This document shows positions 14,528 to 25,599 of a stretch of DNA of 64,000 bases, piece by piece; within the stretch, counting starts at the first letter, position 1; each line of letters starts with the position of its first letter. The stretch lies in NCBI GenBank assembly GCA_048013815.1, contig CM106586.1, forward strand, positions 12,338,001-12,402,000, read 5' to 3'. Under the pieces are notes generated by a model. The model worked only from the letters and a program-made list of their open reading frames with translations, did not search any database and was not told where the DNA came from. Source of the DNA: Setoptus koraiensis. Taxonomy: Eukaryota; Animalia; Arthropoda. The translations under genes were made by a program, and so were the position numbers.

Positions 14528-15409
14528 TCAGTCCCAATATTCCATTTCTTCGTCTGGGTAGGCTACTTCGGCTGGTACCCCATCATTGGGTTGCGGATCC
14601 GGGTCCTCTGGCCAGACAACTGGAGGCGGATCTGGGTCCTCTGGCCATACTACGGGAGGGGTCCATTGATTGGATGATTCGCCAGCTGAGTTGCTGGGTG
14701 TAACCGGTAGACACCTGTCTAGCCTATTATTATATATCATTGATACACCTTGGCTCCAATTTTGTTGCCGGTTATCTATGACGTTAACGTGGACTGTCCC
14801 CGATCCTCTGGTCATCTCTCTGAATTGCTGAGTTGGCTTCAATACTTTATGTTGTATGTACACCAGAGAAATGCGATTTGCATTTAAACCTGAAATCCTC
14901 GCTGCTTTTTCGTACAGCAATGCCACTGAATCTGTCGGTTGGTATCTAGCGGTTGCTGTTTGTTGTCCCTCAAAATCCAGTTTCACCGTTTGCGGTCTTT
15001 TATCAAAAACTTCTCTTGCCGGATTCGACAATAAACATTTTATGTCTGTGATAGTGCCTCTGGATATGCCTGAGCACTTCGGGAAACGTCGGCAATTGTC
15101 CAGGTGTCGGGTGATATTTCCCACAATCACATCGGTTGAACAGTACGGACAATTAAATTCCAGCGAAGCATGGATGTTCTTACTTGATAATCTCGGTGGT
15201 TTCAATGTGTTCAGGTTGAACGGAGCTTGGCAGAAACATCTTGAGTCATTCGCTAATATCATTTCGTAGCAATCTATGCAGTAGATTTGCTGGCATGAGT
15301 TCACAGTCACGTGTTCTTTGAAGTCCAATGCGACGCATTTACATATAACACAAATGTAGTTCTCCGCTATTTTCGGTAATTTGAAGCATTCTAACTCGAG
15401 GCTTGCCAT
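14528..15409 (-). CDS. Retroelement-borne RING finger / TRAF-type zinc finger / ubiquitin-like domain protein (293 aa)
   Basis: N-terminal CVIC...CQQIYCIDC...CFC (C3HC4-like with His replaced by Gln). Next is CPYC-x14-H-x3-C, resembling the RING+zf arrangement of TRAF/RNF41/PDZRN3 proteins. Then TATARYQPTDSVALLYEKAARISGLNANRISLVY...GTVHVNV, matching the ubiquitin-fold pattern, and an acidic tail with 2x PPVVWPEDPDP. Intronless and uninterrupted. Confidence 0.82.
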   Translation of the reverse strand: MASLELECFKLPKIAENYICVICKCVALDFKEHVTVNSCQQIYCIDCYEMILANDSRCFCQAPFNLNTLKPPRLSSKNIHASLEFNCPYCSTDVIVGNITRHLDNCRRFPKCSGISRGTITDIKCLLSNPAREVFDKRPQTVKLDFEGQQTATARYQPTDSVALLYEKAARISGLNANRISLVYIQHKVLKPTQQFREMTRGSGTVHVNVIDNRQQNWSQGVSMIYNNRLDRCLPVTPSNSAGESSNQWTPPVVWPEDPDPPPVVWPEDPDPQPNDGVPAEVAYPDEEMEYWD

Positions 15410-15737
15410 TGTTAATTAGATTCCTGGTTAATTAATTGGCTTAATAGGCTTTATTAGTTAAGTTGATTATTTAATATTCAACTGGTAGACGTATACTGTT
15501 GATCTTGGTAGGCCGATACCGGACCATACTTGCTTGTAGTGGCTCTTGCCACCTTTTGTTAGCAACATTTTCTCTGTTCTGTGCGTGGCATCGCACTTCC
15601 GGTGCACCCATTAGCACTCATGGTTATATCATAGGCTATCTCTCTGAGTTGCACCAGTTGCGACGCGTTCCACGTGTGGTGCGCGAGCGTGTGCGGTAGC
15701 ACACAAATATAAGCACTTCACATAATTGCCGCTAGGG

Positions 15738-16212
15738 CTATGCATGCGTCAGCATGCATAGATTTAAATATAATGACTCCTCCTATGCATGCGCTAGCAT
15801 GCATACGTGTACCGTGTGGGAATCTGTTGATACCTCCAGCCGCAGTTCAGGGAAAAACCGCTCGAGGTCGCTTTTTGTACACGCATTTTTCGTGCGTGAG
15901 ATCGAATGAGCAATCGAAAAACAAATCAACAAGAAAAAAAGAAGAAAAAACGTAAAATTTATCGAGACACCTCAACCTTTTCAGTGCTTTTTTAGGGTGA
16001 CGCCAGCACCCCTGGCGTCTTTTCTTTGAACTACGGCCGAAGGCATCGGCAGATTTCCACACGGTATATAAACATACACCTGTTGTTTCTTTCGCTATAT
16101 CTATTCAAATTCATGCTAATTCATCGTATCATCGAGGGGTCTGTATTTTCTCCTACAATCGTGCCCGAAATTCGATCGAATAGGGGCCCTATGCATGCGT
16201 TAGCATGCATAG
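15738..16212. promoter_or_regulatory. Three copies of palindrome CTATGCATGC-N4-GCATGCATAG inside the LTR element
   Basis: Copies at 15738-15761, 15783-15806 and 16189-16212. The arms are conserved and the 4-nt loops vary (GTCA, GCTA, GTTA). A regulatory role is inference. Confidence 0.55.
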
Positions 16213-16354
16213 GATACAGCGCCAGCTGTATCTATTCAAATACGTTTCGACGACGCTGTGTATGCGCCAGCGTACACAGGTATACCGTAGGTATACCTAA
16301 TTATTGGCGTTTACGCCGCTGTTCGTTTCGTTTCGTTCTTCTCCTGGCCGATGT

Positions 16355-17422
16355 CTAGAATTGGCTTCGCTTTCTACGCTTCTTCCTTTGTTGATTGGTA
16401 GGTCGTTCAGTTACAGCTTCATCCGCTTCTTCTTGCGTAACGTCTGTCTCTTCTAGCGAAACACTGCTTTCTGTAGTGTCTCGAGTAGGTTCAGGTGCGG
16501 CGATATCGTCGTCACCTCCGTTGTCCTCCTCAGCCTGCGAATTTTCTTGTAGGTTATCGATGAGAGGCACTTCCGGTGCCAAAGTATCATTTTCTTCTCT
16601 AACAAGATATCTTTCCATGCGTTCTACGTTGACAATTTGATGTTGTATTGGTCCTCTCAAATTAACCACTTCGTATTTGTTCGGGTTAACGAATTTCTTT
16701 GTTACCCTAAATGGTCCTTCTCTAATATAGTCGAATTTCTTTCCGACTAGAGTTCTTACCGGGATGGTCAAGAGAACTAGGTCGTTTACTTCGAAGCGGA
16801 TCTCTAGTCTACCGTCAGTGGTACGACTCAGGTTGCGCAGTTGGGACTTTCTTATAGCCCCTTGAATAACTTGGCGTATGGACTCAATCGTCTCATTCTC
16901 TTCGCCGCTTATAACTTCTCTTGTACCGATCAGTGTATCTACATCGATCGTTGGATCTTTGCCGAAGACAAGTTTGTACGAGGTTTGACCCGTCGTCTCA
17001 TTCACACTAGTATTGTACGCGAATGTGATGTCCCCAAGGTAAAGATGCCAGTCTTTCCTTTCGCTTTCTCCTAAGGCTGCAATACTTGCGCCTAGTATGC
17101 GGTGAAATCTCTCCGCTACTCCGTTCGTTTTCGGGTGATACGATGAAGTTCCTATTCGCCCTATCCCCTCTTTCTCGAAGAAGCTGTTTGCTTCTTCGCT
17201 CATGAAATTTGTTCCTCGGTCCGATAAAATAGTTCTCGGTATACCGAAGATCCGTAGGAAGTGCCTTTTCAGTTTCTTGCAGATGGTAGTTGTGTCGTGC
17301 TTCTTCAGAGGAACCAAGATCACCCATTTACTGAGGTGATCTACTATTGTCAGAACCCATTTAAGTCCCTTAGAGGAAGGTTTAACTTTACCCCATGTAT
17401 CTATCCCTACTAGGTTGAACAA
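16355..17422 (-). CDS. Gypsy-type integrase, catalytic core and C-terminus (N-terminal HHCC domain missing)
   Basis: DDE triad in GIDTWG, ILSDRGTNF and HPKTNGVAERF, plus a GPY/F motif (REGPFRV). The ORF starts at TTG right after an in-frame TAA. Confidence 0.9.
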   Translation of the reverse strand: MFNLVGIDTWGKVKPSSKGLKWVLTIVDHLSKWVILVPLKKHDTTTICKKLKRHFLRIFGIPRTILSDRGTNFMSEEANSFFEKEGIGRIGTSSYHPKTNGVAERFHRILGASIAALGESERKDWHLYLGDITFAYNTSVNETTGQTSYKLVFGKDPTIDVDTLIGTREVISGEENETIESIRQVIQGAIRKSQLRNLSRTTDGRLEIRFEVNDLVLLTIPVRTLVGKKFDYIREGPFRVTKKFVNPNKYEVVNLRGPIQHQIVNVERMERYLVREENDTLAPEVPLIDNLQENSQAEEDNGGDDDIAAPEPTRDTTESSVSLEETDVTQEEADEAVTERPTNQQRKKRRKRSQF

Positions 17423-17568
17423 ACCTTATGGTGCCTCTCTCCTCGTTCAGACCTGACTATATTAGTTGATCTTGAGTTATTGGGTTTACTTCGAGGCTCG
17501 TACTCGGCCTGGGTATATACTTCTTGAAGATTATTTTTTTGAAAATATCTACTACTCGTGATTCGTAT

Positions 17569-17580
17569 CCGTTGACGCCA
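17569..17580 (-). other. Putative primer-binding site TGGCGTCAACGG
   Basis: Begins with TGG (complement of tRNA CCA) 2 nt inside the 5' LTR. The GCCA end would fit a tRNA with a G discriminator such as Ser; the tRNA identity is not verified. Confidence 0.6.
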
Positions 17581-17582
17581 TA

Positions 17583-17761
17583 TGTAACCATATTAAGGGT
17601 TAGCTGAGTCTTTTATTTATTTTCGACTTACATCAATTGAATACAATACTTGCTCTCTATCGCTCTCTCTTATATACGCATGTTCGCACCTAGTCTCCGT
17701 CCTAAAACGGGACTCAATTCTGAGTACAATTTAAGTAAGCACATGCTTGTATGTGCTTACA
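17583..17761 (-). repeat. 5' LTR (179 bp), TG...CA termini
   Basis: TGTAAGCAC...TGGTTACA on the minus strand; paired with 14311-14489. Confidence 0.92.
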
Positions 17762-20700
17762 CACAGCCACAAACAATGGACAAGGCAACAAACAAAAATG
17801 CTAATCGACCCCAATACCTGTTGTGGCCCAATAGCCACAACAGCTGATCGATGTTACCGGCTAGTCAAGTGGAGCACAAGTTTCCATGGCGACCAAGCGT
17901 GTGGTTTGCACCATTCATGCGATGTGTCACTTTTGCTGCTGCTGCTGATGTTGTTGTTGTCGTGGATGTTGCTGTTGTCGTTGATGTTGCTGTTGTCGTT
18001 GATGTTGTTGTTGTTGTAATAACAACAACAACAGCAGCGAGCAGCGGCCATAAGTGTCACAGCCACCGTAAGGGCCCTCAAGCGACACTTTTTAAAGCTC
18101 GCCAAAGCCAGCCACTTTCAAGTGTCACACTTATCATGTGTCTCACTTGAGTGTTACGTCATGCGTACCGTTGCACACAATACTGGCAGTATTATACTGG
18201 CAGTCTTTTCAGACGCTTCAAATGCGTCTTGTGTCGTCGTGTCGTCAATGTATACCAATGAGACAAGCGCACATAAACACATGGAAATAGATCGATAGGC
18301 TGGCGAGATATAAACAGCAGCGACATTGACATTTGCACATTTGCTCAAAAAAGCCAGCAAGCCAGTGATGCAATAAGGCGAATAATACGAACACGGCCAA
18401 ACGAGCGCAAACTTTCCTCTTTGTTGTCCAGCTCACCTGTTTCTGGGCCGACTGTCTGGACACGGAGTCAGCTGTTGAGCGCATCGATTGTTGTTGTTGT
18501 TGTTGTTGGCGCTCTCGATTTCGATTTTCATTTCGATTTCGATTTCGTGTGCACATTGCTCACTTCATCAACAGTTTCATCAGCACCATCGTCAGCAACA
18601 TCGTCAGCAACATCGTCAGCAGCAGCAGCACCAGGGCAAACTTACGCAAACTTGCCAACTTCAACAAACTTACATCATGTCAGCTACATGACGTAAGCCA
18701 ATGTATGATGCAAGCCGCATGCAACAGACATGGCCAATGTGTCACAGAAAAACGAAACCATGTTTTGTTGTGTGATGCTTCGGCGATCTTGACAATTTTT
18801 GAGGTCACGCAATGTGCGCCAAGTGTTACATCATTTATAGTGGTGATATGTATTTTATAAACAGCTGACCGTCATGTAGTGTGTTGGTGTTGCGGTGGTT
18901 CGGCGCCAGTTTTGTTGGTGTCGCTGTTGCTGCTGGCCAATGTCACTGTTGCTGCTGGCCAATGTCACTGTTGCTGTTGCTGGCCAATGGTGGCCACTTT
19001 GGCCATCACAATACCGTATCGACCGATTGGCCGGTCACACACACACACATACTGTGTCATAATAAACATCATGTGTTACATGTGATATACATATGATGTA
19101 ACCACATTTAAAGAAACGTTACGTAACACACAGTCGGCTGGCACAGAGTTTCGCAACACGGAGTCTCGTAACACGGAGTCTCGTAACACAAAGTTTCGTA
19201 ACACGGAGTTACGTAACAGGTGACTTACTGTGTTGTGTGTCACAGTTGCTGTCATTGGTGTGGCCGTGCAAACAACAACAGCAACAACGACAGCAACAAC
19301 AACGGCGACCTGTGGCCTTGGGACACTGGCTGGCCGCACGCTACCTGTAACGGCACACAACCGACAATCGATACATTATTATGTAACTATGTAAACATTT
19401 TTCCCTGGCGGCCAACTAAGCGCTTGCAAGCCAGTTTGTGCCAGTGCGGCCGGCAACAGGTGAGCTGGCCAGCCGGCCAGCCGGCCAGTGAGACCACCAG
19501 CCAGGCAACCGCCAATTACATCGCTCTCAGTGGTGCAAATAACACTAACTATATGTTATTACTGCCCCTCACCTGTGCCAGCTTATCAGCTGACCGCTGT
19601 ACCGTTGGCTCGCGTCGGGTATTGGCCGCTCGCCAATGCCGGCGACTCTCGCCATTGGCGCTCGCTGCTGCCAGGCCGAGACGCTCGCCGATGGCCAGCC
19701 GATGGTCAGCCGATGGTCAGCCGACGGCCAGCTGATGGCCGGCTGATGGCCAGCCGATAGCCAGCTGACGGCCAGCGCATAGGCAACGGACAAATGCCAC
19801 GCTGTTGCCTGGATAAATCCGCCAAGACAGCTCAGACGACGACGACGACTAGAGCTGCAGTTTGAGTCGCTACAGGCACGCTCACAATGGCGAGGTTTTT
19901 GCGCACAAACGAATCTCACACTCGAGACTCGAGTCTCGAGTCGCCAATGTCGAGGCTTGCGCCGTCGTTTTTTCCAATGATATTCGCCAATGATATTCGC
20001 CAATGAAATGCATTCAATCGGAGCGCGCGAAAAGGCCAAAAGAAGAAGGAGAAGAGCGAGCCAAAAAGCACAATCGATCCGATGAGAACCGTGCCAGAGC
20101 CGCTCCGTCTCGGACTGTCGGACTGTGTCGACGGGCCGGCCAACTGGGCTAGCGGTCGAGCGGCGCTGCCTGTGGTCAAGATAAATAGTCAGCAAAAATT
20201 TAGTCGGCCGGCGCTATCTAAATATTTATCTTTGCGTCGCTGGCTGCCGTCGTACGGCACAGCACGGTGAGGTGTGACAGTGGCGTTGCCATAGAGAATT
20301 GCCAAAATCAATTCGGAAATTAAATTCGAGATTGATCAAAATCGCAAGCAGTCCCACTCACGGCAAGCAACAATTACCGGCGGTCGGTGGTTGTTGTCGT
20401 TGCTGTTGTTGTTGCTCGGTGCGTTTCCAAAATCAAAAATCAATCACGCCAATTCTCAATCGGGCTCCCTCCTCTGACCCTCGATAATCTCATATCTTCT
20501 GTAATAACTCATCCCTTTCTTTCCAATCGGCCGGCTTAACCAATCAAACACACACTTTATGGCGGACCGGTATTATAAGGCACGCACACACGCCCGATGA
20601 TTGATTTGGGCACCGCACATGACCTAATCAAACATTGGGCGGCCGCTCGGGCCAGCGGAAACGACAATCGCCGGCCAACCAATAGCCGGCCAACCAATAG

Positions 20701-21916
20701 CCGGCAATGATAACCGACGATAATAAGCCAGCAACAACAATAATAATTATGATGCGCATTTTAGGCGCCGGCGATGATTAGACAGGCTGGTTGGCCAGCT
20801 AACGGTATTCAAATGAACGCTGCCTCATGAATAGCGATGCGCCCATCGCAGTGGGCGACACAAACTTGCCATCCGTCCGCGATTGCTGCCATGGAGCTGC
20901 CAACGATTCGGCCGCTGAGTCTCTCTGAATCTCTGTCGATTTTTTTTTGAATTTATTTGAATTTTTCTGAATTTTTGTGAATCTTTGTGAATCTTTGTGA
21001 ATTCAAACTTTGCACCGAACGCTGCTGTTTCGGCGTAAGGCCGCCAGCAACGGGCAGAGGCAGGAAATGGACAAAAATAAACTAATTGATATGCAGATCA
21101 CGCTCGCAATGTTGCGCCAGATATTGTGGCTATTCATGGGTGAACTTTGTTTGTGGAAATAAAAACTTTGTGTATCATGTTGCTTTGTCAACAACTTTTG
21201 GAAATGTTGCACCGAGCACCCCGATCTGGTGACTTGTCGGCCTGCCCGACGGTCAGTGTCGGATGTGACCGGAAGCAAGTGTCAAACGGTGGCTGTTGGG
21301 CGTTAACTGCGTCAACTTGAGCCACAAATGGCGCCAGCCGTGAGCGCTGGTGAATTTGTTCAGAATTCACGACCGAAATGCCGCGAAAATGTTGTGAAAA
21401 TGTCGTTTCAAAGGGCCTTCGCCAGCAGCCAGCAACAACAGCAACAACAGCAACAACAGCAACAACAGCAACAACAGCAACAACAGCAACACCAGCAACA
21501 ACAGCGACAACAGCAACAACGGCAACAACAGCAACAGGTGCTCATGGCCGGTGTTTGAACAGACGCTCACATTTGAATAGTAGGTCAATCACACTCAAAC
21601 TCACACTCGGACGCACAGCGGTTGTGACGTGATCATCGTGGCCGGATGATTAATGATTACGACTAGTTGTTACTTTTTAATAATGATAATCTCTCAAAGC
21701 GCTCTATTGGCTCATAACGCCAACAAGTGCGATAGCTCACACCCGAAACTGCATGCTCAATCGATTATTAGATTGTGCCGAGCGGCCCACTGACCGAGCG
21801 CTTTGCTGCCGGCTGTCGATGTCGCTGTTGTTGTTGTCGCTGTTGTTGCTGTCGCTGTTGTTGTGATTATGGCCACGATGATGCCGATGAAAAATTGTAA
21901 CTTTCAACAGGTTTCC

Positions 21917-21954
<38 letters not shown>

Positions 21955-23292
21955 CGACAGCGGCAACAACAACCGCTGTCGATGCAACCCGCAACAATGC
22001 GACGGATAGACACAGTTATTAATGATTGCACATTAGCGCGCGAGCCGCACTATCAGCTGCAACTGTGCCGTCCAGAAAACCGAAATGGCGAGCAGTAAAT
22101 CGATAAAGGCAAATTATTTGACCATTCGAGCTGTTGAGCAAATCGACGACGACGACGAGCCGTTCCGATTGCAGCCAATGGAAATCTAATCAGATCAGGC
22201 CTGATTCGATTAGATTTCGTTGCTGTTGCTGCCGTCGGTTGTTGCTGTCGGTTGTTGCTGTCGGTTGCTGTTGTCGGTTGTTGCTGTTGTCGGTTGTTGC
22301 TGATGTCGGTTGTTGCTGTTGTCGGTGAATGGCGCTCGTTAGCGCCGGCAGAGAGAGTTGCATCAGCACTGTCCGAATGACCATTTTACACAGTCTACAT
22401 TTTTCCTTCTTTTTCTTCTTCCTTTTTGCTGCTTTTGTTGCCCGCCATTGCCCATGTTACATAATAATAATCGCTGTTAATACCGCTGTTAGTACCAATG
22501 GCAAGCCAACCAAATAGACTTATAACGCTATGTGTTATGATAAATAAAGTGAAGCTTGAAAGAGTGAAAGCGTCATGAATCTATTAACATTTAACAAAGA
22601 TTTACAACTGTTAGCTTGCAGAGCAAACACAGAGCACATGTTTCCCGTTTCCGGCTGCTCGTTTCATCAGCGGCAAATGCAACTTTTTTTGCCAACTATT
22701 TGCTTTCTTTTGATATTTGATAGATCTACATTTGAGACCTTTGATCTTTTTTTACCGTTTTCTTTTTCATCATTCGCAATCTTTATGCTGCTCACATTCA
22801 ATTTAAGTCACGTTCGTCAGATACCAACTTGCCGCAAATTGAATCACTGCTTCAGCTAGTTTGTCGCAATATTTGTATTAACATAATGCTGTCATTTGAT
22901 CGAACGAAATCGCACCATCCGATGTCGTGATAAATGTAACAAATTGACAGTTCACACCATAAATGGTTCGTATACGTTCATTATGCTCAAGTTATCCGAT
23001 CCTCATGTCCACGTTGAAGGGTCGTCATGCGATTTGCACGCTAATGATAATATTGTAACTACAGTAATCATGCTGCCAAATCGACTTTTAAAATTTTTTC
23101 TATAGTTGATGCTTGTGCCACATTATCATCCACCGATGTTAACTTCTAGGCGAAATTCGCATCTTGATATAATTGATCACCATCAATGGGTCTCGCAGGG
23201 ATCAACAATCCCTGTGAGACGAGGATATTTTATTTTCACCAGACCGCCAACCAGAAAGCCAACTCGCTTATCTGGATGGGAATGGCAGTTTT

Positions 23293-24440
23293 TTGCTCGC
23301 TGACTATGCAGCGAATTTTTTTTCAGTCCTGCTCACAATCGCCGTCATAGGAGGAGTCCCTAACAAATCAATAATGAATAACTTGAAACAACGGAAACGT
23401 TTCTCGCAGATTTTCCTTTGTTTTTGCATTATTCACATTTGCCTTCTTCTGATTGAATATTTGTCGAGGCGCAAAAAAAAGTTATTTAAATGACTGCAAT
23501 GGCTATCTCTCGAGTATAACAGTCGAGCTGGTGCGGTCGCTCATTTATTATCATAATAGAAAGCCATCCGGATTTCGGACATTAAGCAGCGCAGCTTGCA
23601 ACTTCATATGCATAAATTCATTCTCGGAATTTTATGAAAAAATGCTCGGATTTTCAATGTTTTCGTTTGTTCGTAATATTTCTATTTAAGTTCATGAATT
23701 TCAACAGTCACGTTATATCAGTTTCTGATCGGTGCTTCCGCAAGTTTTAGTTTAACAATGGGTGTCTTAGCGGATTTTTCTGATGTTCACCAAAATAATT
23801 ATTGTTGGTCATTGTGAGAAAAGTGTCTGATAGAAAACGGGATGTCGAACAACATGGAGCATTTATTAATGAACCGTGAATGGGCAGCAGTATGATATAC
23901 GTATACGCAATTTATTATGATATAAAGGTTCGTTATGTATATCATAGCAGAAGGAAGAATTTTTCATCATTAGCGACACTCTAAAAAATGTTCTGCTGTT
24001 AGAGAGTGAAAACAAGATTTAACACTTTCATTCATGATTTACGCTTATCTCTTTTCAGATTTCGATTGCATTCATTTATCTGTTGCCACTCATCAGTAAC
24101 TAACAAAATCAGATATAAAGCTGTTGTGGATTGCATGCAAGGTAATGGTTGCTGAACTCACAGCGAAGGCAGCTCTGCGGAGGTTGCTTGCATAGTGAGA
24201 GAACACTGGACTGATATTGGAAAAACATTGTGACTCATTCTATTATTAGATACTTTTGTAACAAAAGTGTCACGTTGTATCTGATCTAATGAAGCTTGCA
24301 TTTTGATTGCATAATGACTTTTCGGAGACAAACAAATTTTAAAAATGATTCACTGACGTAGATAAATATCATGCTGCCATCGATCGAAATTAGCTAGATT
24401 ATGCCAAGTTACGACACCTATTGTTGCAACGTCACACCAG
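23293..24440 (+). pseudogene. Degenerate paralogue of the GR-like gene at 27155-28243
   Basis: Frameshifted or stop-interrupted pieces resemble the neighbour in the same order: FFSVLLTIAVIGGVP...FSQIFLCFCIIHI; GYLSSITVELVRS (vs YYLSSRKSLGIDMIRY); FIISDTLKNVLLL (vs VVLDTLMQTRDVMLL); SYDTYCCNV (vs NYHNYVCGCHDV). Similarity judged by eye only. Confidence 0.35.
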
Positions 24441-24576
24441 ATTCGAGGAGCAACAAAAACAAACGAAGATATACAAAAAATCTACTTTTTGAATTGGATT
24501 TCAGTCACTAGAATAGAAATTTTGTTTATTACTAACCAAAAAATAAACAGTACACCTGTTATATGCAAAATCAATC

Positions 24577-25134
24577 ATGAGATTACAATTATTCTTGGTA
24601 CTTTCCCTATATGGTATCGGCAGCATTGCGATGGCTGCCAAAACTATGACTGATTGTGGTAAGTATTGACGCTTCATCGATTCTACTCACTAGAATGCAA
24701 TTTCGATGTTGCTTTATATGACAGAATCTCTCAAAAAATCACTCCATTTAGGCTCAACTGCTACAATTACAAAGATTGAATTCGCTCAATGCAATCTCGA
24801 AGGAAATGGAGATTGTGTGCTCAGTCTAACGGCTGGTAATCGTCTGAAAGTGACCTTTAAAACAAAACGAAACTATGAAGATGTAGTCCAACTGGGCGTG
24901 TGGTTGAAGATGTCCTTTTTCGACATCAAACTGCCCATTAGTTGCAGTGATAATATCTGTGGTCATTATGATGTTGTTTGTCCGATCAAAAAAGACGAAC
25001 CACAAACATTTAACATGAAAGTCAAGTTGCCCTCATATTTTCCAACTATGACCAGTAGAGTTACCGTGAGAGTGACAACCACTAAGCCGCGCGACACATT
25101 GGTATGCAAAGAGATCAATTTCAAGACTGTCTAG
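24577..25134 (+). CDS. Secreted ML (MD-2-related lipid recognition)/NPC2-family protein, group-2 mite allergen-like, 154 aa; join(24577..24658,24752..25134)
   Basis: Signal peptide MRLQLFLVLSLYGIGSIAMA. Phase-1 GTAAGT...TTTAG intron. DCGS start, Cys spacing (7 Cys) and CPIKKD...MKVKLPSYFP...LVCKE are typical of ML domains. Confidence 0.85.
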
Positions 25135-25599
25135 ACCTTATGTTGCGTATAATTTATGAGCCAGTAATGGAAAAAAAGAATAGCAAAGCCAGATAGAAGG
25201 ATGCAAATAAAATGCGTGTCTGGTGCGATTTCCATAAATCGCCAATCAAGGCTACCTGATGCTATCTAATGTCCCACACAAGCGATTCGGAGAGGCTTAT
25301 GATTGTATGCATAAGGAACACACTTGTGCCATCAAAAATTTCCATTTTGCCCGTCTAGTATCGTGACAATCTCGAGCGCTTGCGGGAATTCTCTCACTCT
25401 CCATCTATGGCGCAACGAATTTCAAAACCGGTGAATCTTGCACGGCATCAACGAGAAGGAAACTGACAATCTGAGCTGATGAGTTATTATTCGAGCAATT
25501 ATTTATTTTTTTCGATGATAGTCCAGCTAGCAAGCAGAAAGTTGCCAGGCCCCAGTCTGTTTTATCTCCTACGAGAATGCTTGCTTAGTCCGGCGTAAT

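Larger units (their letters stand above)
14311..17761 (-). mobile_element. Ty3/Gypsy-type LTR retrotransposon, internally deleted (non-autonomous), 3451 bp, with extra 3' ORF
   Basis: 179-bp direct repeats at both ends (TGTAACC...GCTTACA / ...GCTTATA). Identical 5-bp TSD CACAG at 14306-14310 and 17762-17766. TGG-initiated PBS-like site next to the 5' LTR. Gypsy-like integrase ORF present; no gag/PR/RT/RNaseH between PBS and integrase. Confidence 0.93.

Noticed and set aside
17423-17568. Possible gag start after the PBS
   Set aside because: All frames are interrupted by stops within ~150 bp; at most a 5' leader or gag remnant.
23190-23220. 13-bp-arm hairpin GTCTCGCAGGGAT-CAACA-ATCCCTGTGAGAC
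   Set aside because: Single copy, too short for a pre-miRNA, with no flanking TSD or partner to suggest a MITE.
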